Below are positions 43,122 through 51,377 of a DNA stretch of 64,000 nucleotides, piece after piece. The notes beneath the pieces are model-generated. The model saw only the letters and a program-made list of their open reading frames with translations. It was not told where the DNA came from and made no database searches. Positions within the stretch are counted from its first letter, which is position 1, and the number at the start of each line of letters is the position of its first letter. Origin of the DNA: an uncultured bacterium. GTDB taxonomy: Bacteria; Patescibacteriota; Minisyncoccia; UBA6257; GWB1-50-10. The stretch spans positions 281,903-345,902 of the forward strand of contig CAVYJB010000001.1 in assembly GCA_963768835.1 (NCBI GenBank), in the 5' to 3' direction. Both the position numbers and the translations under genes were made by a program.

Positions 43122-45779
43122 TTACCACGTCACAATAACACCGCCACCAGTACCATAAGTACCGTAGTTGGCCGAACCATCGCAGGTATTAACGCCATTA
43201 CCGCCCTTCCCAAAGTTGAAACCATTCAGAAAACTGTTGCCGCCGAGACCACCACCATTAGTCACGCCAATAGCGCCATTCGTCCCGTTCATGTGAAACG
43301 CACCGCCACTTGCTGTCCCTCCCGTTCCACCACCCATAGCCCCGTTGAAGCCATTCCCTCCACCGCCGGCGGTGAGACTACCGAATGTGCTGTTCTGGCC
43401 AGACTGTATCGGCGCATAGTAGACTGTGCCACCGCCACCAACGGTCCCAGAGAAACTCTGCCCGGGGGTAACATTAATGAAATCAGTCACATAAGCACCG
43501 CCGCCACCGCCACCGCCACCAACAGGAGCTGGGGTATCGCCGCCGCACGCCGTGAGATCCGCTAACCCGCTGGCGCCGCCGCCGCCCCACACTTCAGCCT
43601 TTATGGAATAGACATTGGCGGGCACCGTGAAGGTAAAGCTCCCTGGAGTGTTGAACACCTGCATGCCGTGGGGAATGCCGCTTACACCTGCCTTCGCCGT
43701 TACAAGCCCGCCTACCGTCAAACTATTTTCGATATTCGTCGTTCCGTCCTGAGCAAGAGTAAACCGCACGTCACCGCTGCCGTTCGTGAACTCGAGAGTG
43801 CCGGCAACCGTATTAATGGAGTACTGGCCGCTGCCGGCGACACAGATAATTTTCCGATAATAGAATTGGGGATCATTCAGAATGTGGCCCACGTCAGTCC
43901 ATTCTACATTGACTGGGTCGCCGGCTTTACAAATATAGTAGGCGGTGTTATCGGCCGATGGGGTGGTATCTCCGGGGCAGCCAGCCGGGCTACCACTACT
44001 GCCGCAAGCCACAGCGGTCTGTGTGACCTGGGTGGAGAGAGACGCGCCTGGAGACTCGAGAATCAGCTGAGGGCCAGGACCCGGGGTCACATTGTTTCCA
44101 GGCTGCCGCATCAGGTCGATATTGCCGTTCAGGATGGATAAAGCGTGGGGCGGGGCCTCCGTCCCGATGCCGACATTCCCACCCTTCAGAACAAGCACAT
44201 CGTCCTGTCCACCATTCTTAACCACGAGCGCGCCATCCGTGCCCATCTTAAAGAGGGTGGGATTCGCGGCACCGCTACGCTCGAGCGCGAGGACCGGATC
44301 CGTGGCGCTCATGACCGCGAAGTGCGCGGTCGGGGCGGGGTTCGTGTCTCCGATGCCGACGTTTCCCTGATTGTCGATAGTCACAAGATCTGTGGCGCCC
44401 GGCGTTGCACCCTGGGAGATGCGTAGGGTGTTGTCCCCGCGGTTATCAATATGGAACCACGAGCCAGAAGTGGAAGGATAGAATGAGAGCTTTCCCGCTG
44501 CCGTCCCCGCCACTCCCAACCCCACAACGCCGCTATTCGTGTTATTAATGTCGTTCCCATTCGCTGCCCAGTAGCTTGTTCCGGAACCACCGCCCGGCCA
44601 CACGCTGATACAGTTGGGGAGAGGCGATCCGGGAAGACAGAACTGCTTTGCAAAAAGGCTTCCGTTCACATCCATCGTGTGGAAGGGCGGCCCGCCAAAC
44701 CCTCCGACCTTCAGAGTTCCCATCAAGATTCCATTCACCCCCACAAAGTTCTGGGCGCTCACGGCCGCTCCGCTCACGGAACCCGCCGCGGTGATATTGC
44801 CCTGCGCGGTGATATCACCATTCGAGAGCGTGGCCTGCTGCAGCTGGAAATGGGTGTATCCCAGGTGCCAGGCGAGAGTCGCGTCAGATTGGGGTATGCC
44901 GCTGGTAAAGAGTTCATAAACGTCCGTGGGCGAGCTTGGACCGGTTGCCTGATACGTGCTAGCCGGACATTCCTGGGTGTTGAGCGTCGCGTCGTTACAC
45001 TCGCTGTTGGCGCTCGAGATCCGTAACGAAGCGATGTTCGCGGGCGGAGGCGTGGTCGTGCTCCAGTCAGCCGACCCCCACAACGAAGCGGACGAAGGGG
45101 TTTGGTATGACGCGGAGGTATCTTGCGAGTAGAACGGGCCTCCGACTAATTTGTACTGATATCCGCCGACCGCAACCTGGTTCGCGGCGATGTCGCCGTA
45201 CACGGCGAGCGGGGCAGATTTCAGAATAGACGGACCTCCCACCGTCACCGCGGGGTTCGTTGCGGACGCATATTGAATGCCGCCGGATATTAACTGCCAG
45301 TATCCCGCGCCACCGCCGCCACCGCCTCCAGCACCGATCGGTACCCACGCCGTCCCGTTGTAGAGCTTAATACTGTTTGATACGACATCGTAGTAAATCG
45401 CACCCGCTCTCGTCGGCGTGGGAACCCCTCCCGGCGCAGGTATCTCGAGATCTCCGCGTGCGTTCTGGATAACCGTGTTACCGTTTTGATCCTCGGGGAA
45501 AAACTGGACCGCCGCGCCCACTCCGATAAATTGTCCCGGCTGGAAGTAGAGGACACCGGGACCCGCCGCCGCGCCGAACGTGATGTTGCCGCCCGTCTTC
45601 GTCTGCGCCGCCGCGCTCGTATCAAGCGGCGGGAAAACATTCCCGTTCGGGAAGTCCTGCGTGGGAGCCGTCCAGTTCGTCTGGGCGTTCACCAATGGAA
45701 GTCCCGCGAAAGAGAACGAAACCGCGACGACCGTTGAGAGTGCGACCGAAACGAACGAACGCACGATGGGACGGTTCAT
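43122..45779 (-). CDS. secreted glycine-rich tail-fibre-like protein (885 aa)
   Basis: Start is at MNRPIVRSFVSVALSTVVAVSFSFAGLPLVNAQ (cat 45777-45779), with TATAAT 9 nt upstream on the coding strand. Motifs GNVGIGDTNPAPTAHFAV / GNVGIGTEAPPHALSI resemble the VGIGTxxP motif of phage tail-fibre proteins, and there are long poly-Gly tracts (GGGGGGGAG, VWGGGGASG, GGGGGGGGAYV). The listed ORF continues ~600 bp upstream through Arg-rich sequence, which is rejected. Confidence 0.65.
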   Translation of the reverse strand: MNRPIVRSFVSVALSTVVAVSFSFAGLPLVNAQTNWTAPTQDFPNGNVFPPLDTSAAAQTKTGGNITFGAAAGPGVLYFQPGQFIGVGAAVQFFPEDQNGNTVIQNARGDLEIPAPGGVPTPTRAGAIYYDVVSNSIKLYNGTAWVPIGAGGGGGGGAGYWQLISGGIQYASATNPAVTVGGPSILKSAPLAVYGDIAANQVAVGGYQYKLVGGPFYSQDTSASYQTPSSASLWGSADWSTTTPPPANIASLRISSANSECNDATLNTQECPASTYQATGPSSPTDVYELFTSGIPQSDATLAWHLGYTHFQLQQATLSNGDITAQGNITAAGSVSGAAVSAQNFVGVNGILMGTLKVGGFGGPPFHTMDVNGSLFAKQFCLPGSPLPNCISVWPGGGSGTSYWAANGNDINNTNSGVVGLGVAGTAAGKLSFYPSTSGSWFHIDNRGDNTLRISQGATPGATDLVTIDNQGNVGIGDTNPAPTAHFAVMSATDPVLALERSGAANPTLFKMGTDGALVVKNGGQDDVLVLKGGNVGIGTEAPPHALSILNGNIDLMRQPGNNVTPGPGPQLILESPGASLSTQVTQTAVACGSSGSPAGCPGDTTPSADNTAYYICKAGDPVNVEWTDVGHILNDPQFYYRKIICVAGSGQYSINTVAGTLEFTNGSGDVRFTLAQDGTTNIENSLTVGGLVTAKAGVSGIPHGMQVFNTPGSFTFTVPANVYSIKAEVWGGGGASGLADLTACGGDTPAPVGGGGGGGGAYVTDFINVTPGQSFSGTVGGGGTVYYAPIQSGQNSTFGSLTAGGGGNGFNGAMGGGTGGTASGGAFHMNGTNGAIGVTNGGGLGGNSFLNGFNFGKGGNGVNTCDGSANYGTYGTGGGVIVTW

Positions 45780-45899
45780 ATTGATTCCATTATAACATAC
45801 GGTGCACTGTGGAAAGGTGTTGGTTGTGCACCTCTCTATAGAATGCCCTGTGCACAGTTCCGCGCTGGCTTCCCCGGAGGGGCGCGGTAGAATGAAGAC

Positions 45900-46376
45900 A
45901 TGGAACAGCAGAAATCGCGGCGGTTGGTCGTGATTGGCGTCGTCATCCTTGTGATCGGCGTCGCTTTTGGCATCTGGTACGGCGCGCAGAAACTTATCCC
46001 GCACATGACGCCTACGCCCGCTGCGCGACCTTCCGAGAACTTCCCGAAGCCCCCCGCGGAGCTCCATACCCTTACAGGAACTATCCTGCAAGTCGTCGGA
46101 GCCTCGATCTATTTCAACGTCGACGACCCCACGGACTACCTGCCGCACGCCGACGGCACGCCCCCCCGCCAGCAGACGCGCGTCGCAAACCTGACGAAAG
46201 CCACCACCATCACCCTCGTCGATCCCACGAAACTCGCTGCATCGGGCACGCCGACGGTCACCACCCTGACGCTTAAGGACCTGAAGCCGAAGATGGGCAT
46301 CACGGTCACAAGCGATCAGAACATCCTCTCCGCGCCGCAATTTGACGTAACCGCCATCAAGTTGATAAAATCGTAG
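45900..46376 (+). CDS. hypothetical membrane-anchored protein (158 aa)
   Basis: [28 protein letters not shown] signal-anchor, then a Thr/Pro-rich domain. TAGAAT lies 6 nt upstream of the ATG. Confidence 0.5.
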   Translation: MEQQKSRRLVVIGVVILVIGVAFGIWYGAQKLIPHMTPTPAARPSENFPKPPAELHTLTGTILQVVGASIYFNVDDPTDYLPHADGTPPRQQTRVANLTKATTITLVDPTKLAASGTPTVTTLTLKDLKPKMGITVTSDQNILSAPQFDVTAIKLIKS

Positions 46377-46380
46377 GGCC

Positions 46381-46968
46381 ATGAACCTTATCCCTACGGT
46401 CATCGAGAAGTCCGCCTACGGCGAGCGGGCCTATGATATCTACTCGCGTCTTCTTCGGGACCGCATCGTTTTCCTCGGCGGCCCTATCGTGGACCAGGTC
46501 GCGAACAGTGTCATCGCGCAACTCCTTTTTCTTGACCACGAGGACCCCAAGAAGGACATCAAGCTGTACCTGAACACGCCCGGCGGCTCCGTGACGGCGG
46601 GTCTCGCCATCTATGACGCGATGCAGTTCGTGAAATCCCCCGTCTCGACCATCTGCGTCGGCATGGCGGCCTCGATGGGCGCGGTACTCCTCGCCTCCGG
46701 CGCGAAGGGAAAGCGCTTTGCGCTCCCGAACTCCGAGATCCTCCTTCACCAGGTGATGGGCGGCGCGGAGGGGCAGGCCATCGAGATCGAGATCACGGCC
46801 CGCCACATCGTGAAGATCAAGGACAAGCTGAACCAGATCCTCGTGAAGCACACGGGGCAGAAGCTCGAGAAGATCGAGCGCGACACGGACCGCGATTTCT
46901 ATCTGACGCCCGCCGAAGCGAAGGATTACGGCCTCCTCGACGAGATCATCCGAACCAAGAAATCCTAA
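46381..46968 (+). CDS. clpP: ATP-dependent Clp protease proteolytic subunit
   Basis: Ser-His-Asp triad contexts ([22 protein letters not shown]) and full ClpP length. Confidence 0.9.
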   Translation: MNLIPTVIEKSAYGERAYDIYSRLLRDRIVFLGGPIVDQVANSVIAQLLFLDHEDPKKDIKLYLNTPGGSVTAGLAIYDAMQFVKSPVSTICVGMAASMGAVLLASGAKGKRFALPNSEILLHQVMGGAEGQAIEIEITARHIVKIKDKLNQILVKHTGQKLEKIERDTDRDFYLTPAEAKDYGLLDEIIRTKKS

Positions 46969-46984
46969 TTTCCTTCAAGCGCGA

Positions 46985-47022
46985 TGATCCCGTCGGTTCG
47001 GACACCGGCGGGATTTTTATTT
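46985..47022 (+). terminator. terminator-like imperfect hairpin plus T-run after clpP
   Basis: gatCCCGtCGGttcggacaCCGgCGGGatttttatttt. Confidence 0.4.
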
Positions 47023-47082
47023 TGGGAACCCGTGAGGTAGAATGGAGGCGCAATGCCCGCAAGGAAAGAACCCCAGGAATCC

Positions 47083-48228
47083 ATGATGCAAAAGGCGCTC
47101 ACGCGCGGCGTGGAGGACATCCACGTGCGCACGCACCTCGAGGCGGCCTTGCGCTCCGGCCGGAAACTCCGCGTCAAGCTGGGTATCGACCCGACCTCTC
47201 CCGACCTCCATCTCGGGCACACGGTGGTCCTCCGGAAGCTCCGGCAGTTCCAGGACCTAGGCCACAAAGCCGTGCTCATCATCGGAGACTTCACCGCGCA
47301 GATCGGCGACCCGTCGGGACGCTCCGAGACCCGCAAACCGCTCGAGGAGGCGGAGGTGAAACAGAACCTCAAGACCTATCTCGCGCAGGCAGGGAAAGTG
47401 ATCGACCTTAAGCATGTCGAGACGCGGTTCAACAGCGAGTGGCACCAGGCCAAGGGCCTCTCGGCGCTCCTCACGCTCGCGGGCACCGCGACGGTGCAGC
47501 AGATCCTGAAGCGGGACGATTTCGAGAAGCGCTTCGAAGAGGATTCCGACATCTCCATCCTCGAAACGCTCTACCCGCTCCTCCAGGGATACGACTCGGT
47601 GGCGGTGAAGGCCGACGTCGAGCTCGGCGGCACCGACCAGACCTTCAATCTTCTGATGGGCCGGCAGGTGCAGCGACGCTTCGGGATGCCGGAACAGGAC
47701 GTGGTGACCGTGCCCCTTATCGAGGGCACGGACGGCGTGAAAAAGATGAGTAAGAGCTACAAGAACTACATCGCGCTCACGGAGACCCCCGGCGAGATGT
47801 TCGGGAAGCTCATGCGCGTGCCCGACGCGCTTCTCCCGAAATACTTCGAGACGCTCACGGACTTCGAGCCCCCGCACAGCGCGGGGCCGCGGGAGCAGAA
47901 GCTTTTCCTCGCGGAGGCCGTCGTCGGCATGTACCACACGCCCGCGGCGGCGCGCGCGGCGCGCGAGGATTTCATCCGCGTCTTCTCGCGGGGCGAAGCC
48001 CCCGCGCGCGTTCCGGAGCTCCGCGTCGCCAAACCGTCCGTGAATATCCTGGAACTTCTTCTTGAGGCCGGCATTCCGTCCCGCAGCGAGGCGCGCCGTC
48101 TCGTGGAACAGGGCGGCATCGAGATCGACGACGTCCTGAAACGCGACCCGTTGGAGGTCGTCGCGCTCCGGGGCGGCGAAGTGCTCAAGATCGGCAAGCA
48201 TCGCTTCTTCAAACTTCTCGTGAAATAA
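47083..48228 (+). CDS. tyrS: tyrosine--tRNA ligase
   Basis: HLGH (PDLHLGHTV) and KMSKS motifs, C-terminal S4-like domain. Start is taken at MMQKALTRG (AGGAA 5 nt upstream) because that aligns with canonical TyrS N-termini; the listed ORF starts 30 nt earlier at 47053. Confidence 0.85.
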   Translation: MMQKALTRGVEDIHVRTHLEAALRSGRKLRVKLGIDPTSPDLHLGHTVVLRKLRQFQDLGHKAVLIIGDFTAQIGDPSGRSETRKPLEEAEVKQNLKTYLAQAGKVIDLKHVETRFNSEWHQAKGLSALLTLAGTATVQQILKRDDFEKRFEEDSDISILETLYPLLQGYDSVAVKADVELGGTDQTFNLLMGRQVQRRFGMPEQDVVTVPLIEGTDGVKKMSKSYKNYIALTETPGEMFGKLMRVPDALLPKYFETLTDFEPPHSAGPREQKLFLAEAVVGMYHTPAAARAAREDFIRVFSRGEAPARVPELRVAKPSVNILELLLEAGIPSRSEARRLVEQGGIEIDDVLKRDPLEVVALRGGEVLKIGKHRFFKLLVK

Positions 48229-48261
48229 AAATCCCATCCACCACGGCATGGGATTTTTTGG
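48227..48261 (+). terminator. rho-independent terminator after tyrS
   Basis: AAAATCCCATccaccacggcATGGGATTTTTTgg. Confidence 0.7.
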
Positions 48262-48347
48262 CGCACGACACTTGCACCCTACGCTTCACTGGCTTAGGAT
48301 GACGGGCAGTAGTTTGTTGATCCATAACAATATATAAGGAGGGGCTT

Positions 48348-49211
48348 ATGCGGAAACTCCTGCCGTTCGCCCTGGTGCTCGGCGTTCTCCGTGGGGAGGC
48401 GCAAATGCTCGAGGCCCGAGCGGAAGGGCCCGACTCTGTACGGGCGTTCCCGCTCGCGGTGGTTGCGGCCCATATCCCAGTCGTCTGCATATGGATTGAC
48501 GGCATGTACCGGTGGAAATATTCAGATAACGCCTATGGCGCTCCCCACGATTTTCAGTGGACCCGGTGGATGGGGGATAATTACTCCGGTGGATTCGACA
48601 TCGCCGGCAATGCGATGTACTCCGCCGTCATCACGCGTTCGGAGTATTACCTCTTCCGGTGGAGCGGTTTCGATCCGATCCCCGCTTCCGTCTTGGGTGG
48701 GCTCACCGCGGGCTTTTACCAGGCATACGCGAAGCATCATGAGGGGTACTACACGGGCGCGAAAGCTCGAGAGTTCGTCGGTGCCTGGACAGCCATCCTT
48801 CTCACGATGGGCCAGACCATCGAACCCGAGGTCATAGGTACGCAGACACTCGCGCGTGCCCAGCTTCAATTCTCCTATCGGGCATACCCGGGATATATTG
48901 AACGGCCCCCGCATATCACGCCGCTCGATATCTACGCGTACCAGAAATTTTTCTTTATGGTACGAGTGGGTGACCTCGTATTCGGAAAAGGGGCGCTGGG
49001 AGGCATCAACATCGGAGTGGGCGGCGGCTATATGCCCGCCGACAAGCCCGGAGGACCGGGCGACATCCGCCGATATCTATTTGTAGTCGGATACGATCTC
49101 CGGTGGATCATCCCTGGCCCTTTGGGAGATATCCTGAACTTCTACCACCTTCCCTTGTCATTCGGGGTCTGGACCGACAGGCGAGGGCTCCACGCAGGAC
49201 TCGCTTTCTGA
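48348..49211 (+). CDS. hypothetical secreted protein (287 aa; aromatic/Gly-rich)
   Basis: MRKLLPFALVLGVLRGEAQ signal peptide; no motif recognised. Confidence 0.5.
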   Translation: MRKLLPFALVLGVLRGEAQMLEARAEGPDSVRAFPLAVVAAHIPVVCIWIDGMYRWKYSDNAYGAPHDFQWTRWMGDNYSGGFDIAGNAMYSAVITRSEYYLFRWSGFDPIPASVLGGLTAGFYQAYAKHHEGYYTGAKAREFVGAWTAILLTMGQTIEPEVIGTQTLARAQLQFSYRAYPGYIERPPHITPLDIYAYQKFFFMVRVGDLVFGKGALGGINIGVGGGYMPADKPGGPGDIRRYLFVVGYDLRWIIPGPLGDILNFYHLPLSFGVWTDRRGLHAGLAF

Positions 49212-49234
49212 TTCCTTTCCTTAATCAAAACAAA

Positions 49235-49268
49235 TCAGGACACGCTTTATGTGTCCTGAATTTTTATA
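49235..49268 (+). terminator. rho-independent terminator
   Basis: TCAGGACACgctttatGTGTCCTGAatttttat. Confidence 0.65.
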
Positions 49269-49337
49269 TGCCACCCAGAAAACCACGGGCGCAGGGCCGG
49301 CGTCTGTCAGTTCCGCGGGGAACCCACGGCACTCTCG

Positions 49338-49787
49338 CTATCTCACGAGCTGCGTCACCCAAACCAGCACGATAATCGCATAGGCGCTCACAAGAAGCGT
49401 CCGTATCCAGTGCGTCTTTAAAATTTTGACGAGATACGGGCTTTCGGAACCCAACGGGTCACGGGAGAGTTTTCCTTGCCATCGACCCCACGTGAAAATC
49501 GTGAGAACGAGCGAAAGCCACAGGCACGCGACTCCGCCGTAGATTGCCCAGAGAGGGGAACCGACGGGATGGTACCAAATGAGCACGGTGGAACCCGCAA
49601 GCTCCAGTCCCCACGGGAACAAGACCCAGTACGGAAGTTTCTTCCAGTGCGCTTCCTGCACGCGCAAGAAATCTGCCTTGCCAATCAGCTTCCACGACCG
49701 AAAAGTGTCTACTTCGTTTGCCCAAACTGTGCCGACATTATAGAAACCGACGGCGAGGTTGAGAAAAAGAAAGACCGTAGCATCCAT
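49338..49787 (-). CDS. hypothetical integral membrane protein (150 aa from MDATVFLF...)
   Basis: The listed ORF runs on through the tRNA-Gly gene. It is truncated here to the first Met downstream of the tRNA, which has TATAAT 6 nt upstream on the coding strand. Four hydrophobic segments. Confidence 0.5.
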   Translation of the reverse strand: MDATVFLFLNLAVGFYNVGTVWANEVDTFRSWKLIGKADFLRVQEAHWKKLPYWVLFPWGLELAGSTVLIWYHPVGSPLWAIYGGVACLWLSLVLTIFTWGRWQGKLSRDPLGSESPYLVKILKTHWIRTLLVSAYAIIVLVWVTQLVR

Positions 49788-49871
49788 GGTTATATTATAA
49801 ATTACTACAACCAATAACCCGACCGCCGAACCGCTCGTGATAACTCTATAAGATTCATCGTTTCTTAAGTG

Positions 49872-49942
49872 TGCGGGCAGGGAGAATCGAACTCCCGTCT
49901 CAACCTTGGCAAGGTCGTGTTCTACCACTAAACCATGCCCGC
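49872..49942 (-). tRNA. tRNA-Gly (GCC)
   Basis: Reverse complement reads GCGGGCA/TG/GTTT-AGTGGTA-GAAC/A/CGACC-TTGCCAA-GGTTG/AGAC/GGGAG-TTCGATT-CTCCC/TGCCCGC/A. Confidence 0.85.
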
Positions 49943-49956
49943 TATTTATTCTTCGC

Positions 49957-50136
49957 TTATTGCGGAGGAGGCGGTCCCGGCGGCCCCACCACGTGCGGAG
50001 CTCCGATCGGTCCGTTGAACCCGGGTGCCGGCGGAGGCGTCTTCATGAGCTGCGCCCAAAGAAACAGCGCCAAGAGAAGCACGCCGACGAGGACCGCGAG
50101 CACCGCAAGGATGATGGCAATAAACTTCCTCTGCAT
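49957..50136 (-). CDS. possible unannotated 59-aa Pro-rich membrane peptide
   Basis: Translation is MQRKFIAIILAVLAVLVGVLLLALFLWAQLMKTPPPAPGFNGPIGAPHVVGPPGPPPPQ; AGGGGA lies 5 nt upstream; it falls just below the 60-aa ORF cutoff. Confidence 0.3.
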   Translation of the reverse strand: MQRKFIAIILAVLAVLVGVLLLALFLWAQLMKTPPPAPGFNGPIGAPHVVGPPGPPPPQ

Positions 50137-50170
50137 CCGTTCCCCTATTGTAGGAAAATCCTGAAAAGTT

Positions 50171-50854
50171 TCAACTGCGACGGATAATGAGGTCGCTTTC
50201 CGGCACGTCCCGCTTCAGGTTTTCCACGATGCGGCCCGCGACAAAAGAAGGCTTCATATAGGTATCGTAGTCCGCCTGCGTCTCGCCCTCGAAGAGGTTC
50301 GTCTGGATGCGTTCCGAGTACACTCCGACCACGGCGATGCCGGCCGGCGCCACCTCGAGGCGGAGTGTCTTTGTGAATCCGTCGGCGGCGGCTTTGCTCG
50401 CGGTGTATCCGGAGCACCCCGCGTGGTTGTCGATCACGCGGATCGAGAGAATGTTCACGATGGTGCCACTCCCCTGTTTCCGCATCGCCGCGACCGCGGT
50501 GCGCGAACCGTAGAACGTCCCGAAGAAGTTCACCTCCATCATCGCGTGCATCCGCGCCGGGTCCTGTTCCTCGACGGAGACGTGCGGCGTCCAGATACCG
50601 GCATTGTTCACCCATATGTCGATACGACCGTAGGTCCGGATGGCGAGATCGCCCAGCGCGCGGACGGCTGCCTCGTCGGCCACGTCACCCGCGAGCGACG
50701 CGGCGCCGAGAGGTTCGGCCGCGCCGCGCAACGCGTCCGCGCTTCGGTCATTCAGAACGAGCCGTGCGCCTTCCTTAGCGAACGTTTCCGCGAGCGCCTT
50801 TCCGAGGCCGCTCCCCGCTCCGGTGATAACCGCTACCTTGTCTTTGAGATCCAT
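50171..50854 (-). CDS. SDR-family short-chain dehydrogenase/reductase
   Basis: MDLKDKVAVITGAGSGLGKALAETFAKEGARLVL Rossmann motif, NNAG, catalytic YxxxK context; AAGGA 4 nt upstream of the ATG at 50854. Confidence 0.8.
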   Translation of the reverse strand: MDLKDKVAVITGAGSGLGKALAETFAKEGARLVLNDRSADALRGAAEPLGAASLAGDVADEAAVRALGDLAIRTYGRIDIWVNNAGIWTPHVSVEEQDPARMHAMMEVNFFGTFYGSRTAVAAMRKQGSGTIVNILSIRVIDNHAGCSGYTASKAAADGFTKTLRLEVAPAGIAVVGVYSERIQTNLFEGETQADYDTYMKPSFVAGRIVENLKRDVPESDLIIRRS

Positions 50855-50893
50855 AATCCTTGTGGGAGAATACCGCCTGCCGTTTTGCTTTTG

Positions 50894-50975
50894 TGCCCGG
50901 GGTGGGGGTCGAACCCACACGCTCTTGCGAGCAGGGGATTTTAAGTCCCCTGGCTACCAGTTACAGCACCCGGGC
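50894..50975 (-). tRNA. tRNA-Leu (TAA), type II with long variable arm
   Basis: Reverse complement reads GCCCGGG...GGGGA-CTTAAAA-TCCCC-TGCTCGCAAGAGCGTGT-GTGGG-TTCGACC-CCCAC-CCCGGGC-A. The D-arm pairing is irregular, but the acceptor, anticodon and T arms are clean. Confidence 0.75.
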
Positions 50976-50990
50976 GTTCCACGATTCCTG

Positions 50991-51062
50991 AGGCCACGGC
51001 GAGAATTGAACTCGCGTATAAGGGTTTTGCAGACCCTCGCCTTACCACTTGGCTACGTGGCC
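50991..51062 (-). tRNA. tRNA-Cys (GCA)
   Basis: Reverse complement reads GGCCACG/TA/GCCA-AGTGGTA-AGGC/G/AGGGT-CTGCAAA-ACCCT/TATAC/GCGAG-TTCAATT-CTCGC/CGTGGCC/T. Confidence 0.8.
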
Positions 51063-51370
51063 GTCTTTTCTAGCCCGCCCTCCTCCGCGATGACAAACTT
51101 CAGATGCGGGACCGTGCGCGTTCGCATGGTCCGGAGGAGGCGGCGCTCGAACTCCCGACGGTGCCGCTCGACCTCCGCATACACTTCCGGTCCTTTCTCC
51201 ATCGGAATGATACCAAGCCGGACTGTGGCCTGCAATAAGTCGCCCGTTACCTCAACGCCGAGAATGGTAACGAGTGCCCGCTCGACATCGAGATCTCGGA
51301 GGAAGTAGCGCCCCAGCTCCGCCTCGATCACGCTCGCGATCCGCAGGTTGCGATAGGAAGGAGACGGCAT
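51053..51370 (-). CDS. rbfA: ribosome-binding factor A
   Basis: MPSPSYRNLRIASVIEAELGRYF...LVTILGVEVTGDLLQATV is a KH-like RbfA fold pattern. Classic infB-rbfA order. The stop codon TAG falls at nt 8-10 of tRNA-Cys, a 10-nt overlap. Confidence 0.7.
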   Translation of the reverse strand: MPSPSYRNLRIASVIEAELGRYFLRDLDVERALVTILGVEVTGDLLQATVRLGIIPMEKGPEVYAEVERHRREFERRLLRTMRTRTVPHLKFVIAEEGGLEKTAT

Positions 51371-51377
51371 GGAAATT

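Noticed and set aside
45780-46403. N-terminal ~200 codons of listed ORF 43122..46403
   Set aside because: They are Arg/Asp-rich and overlap the divergent 45900..46376 gene. A perfect signal peptide starts at the internal Met (45779) with a -10 box just upstream.
47257-48249. 330-aa minus-strand ORF antisense to tyrS; also 60119..60970 antisense to the radical SAM gene and 59362..60201 antisense to the 59770..60174 gene
   Set aside because: The sense-strand genes have unambiguous catalytic motifs or better context. The antisense ORFs are Arg/Gly-rich.
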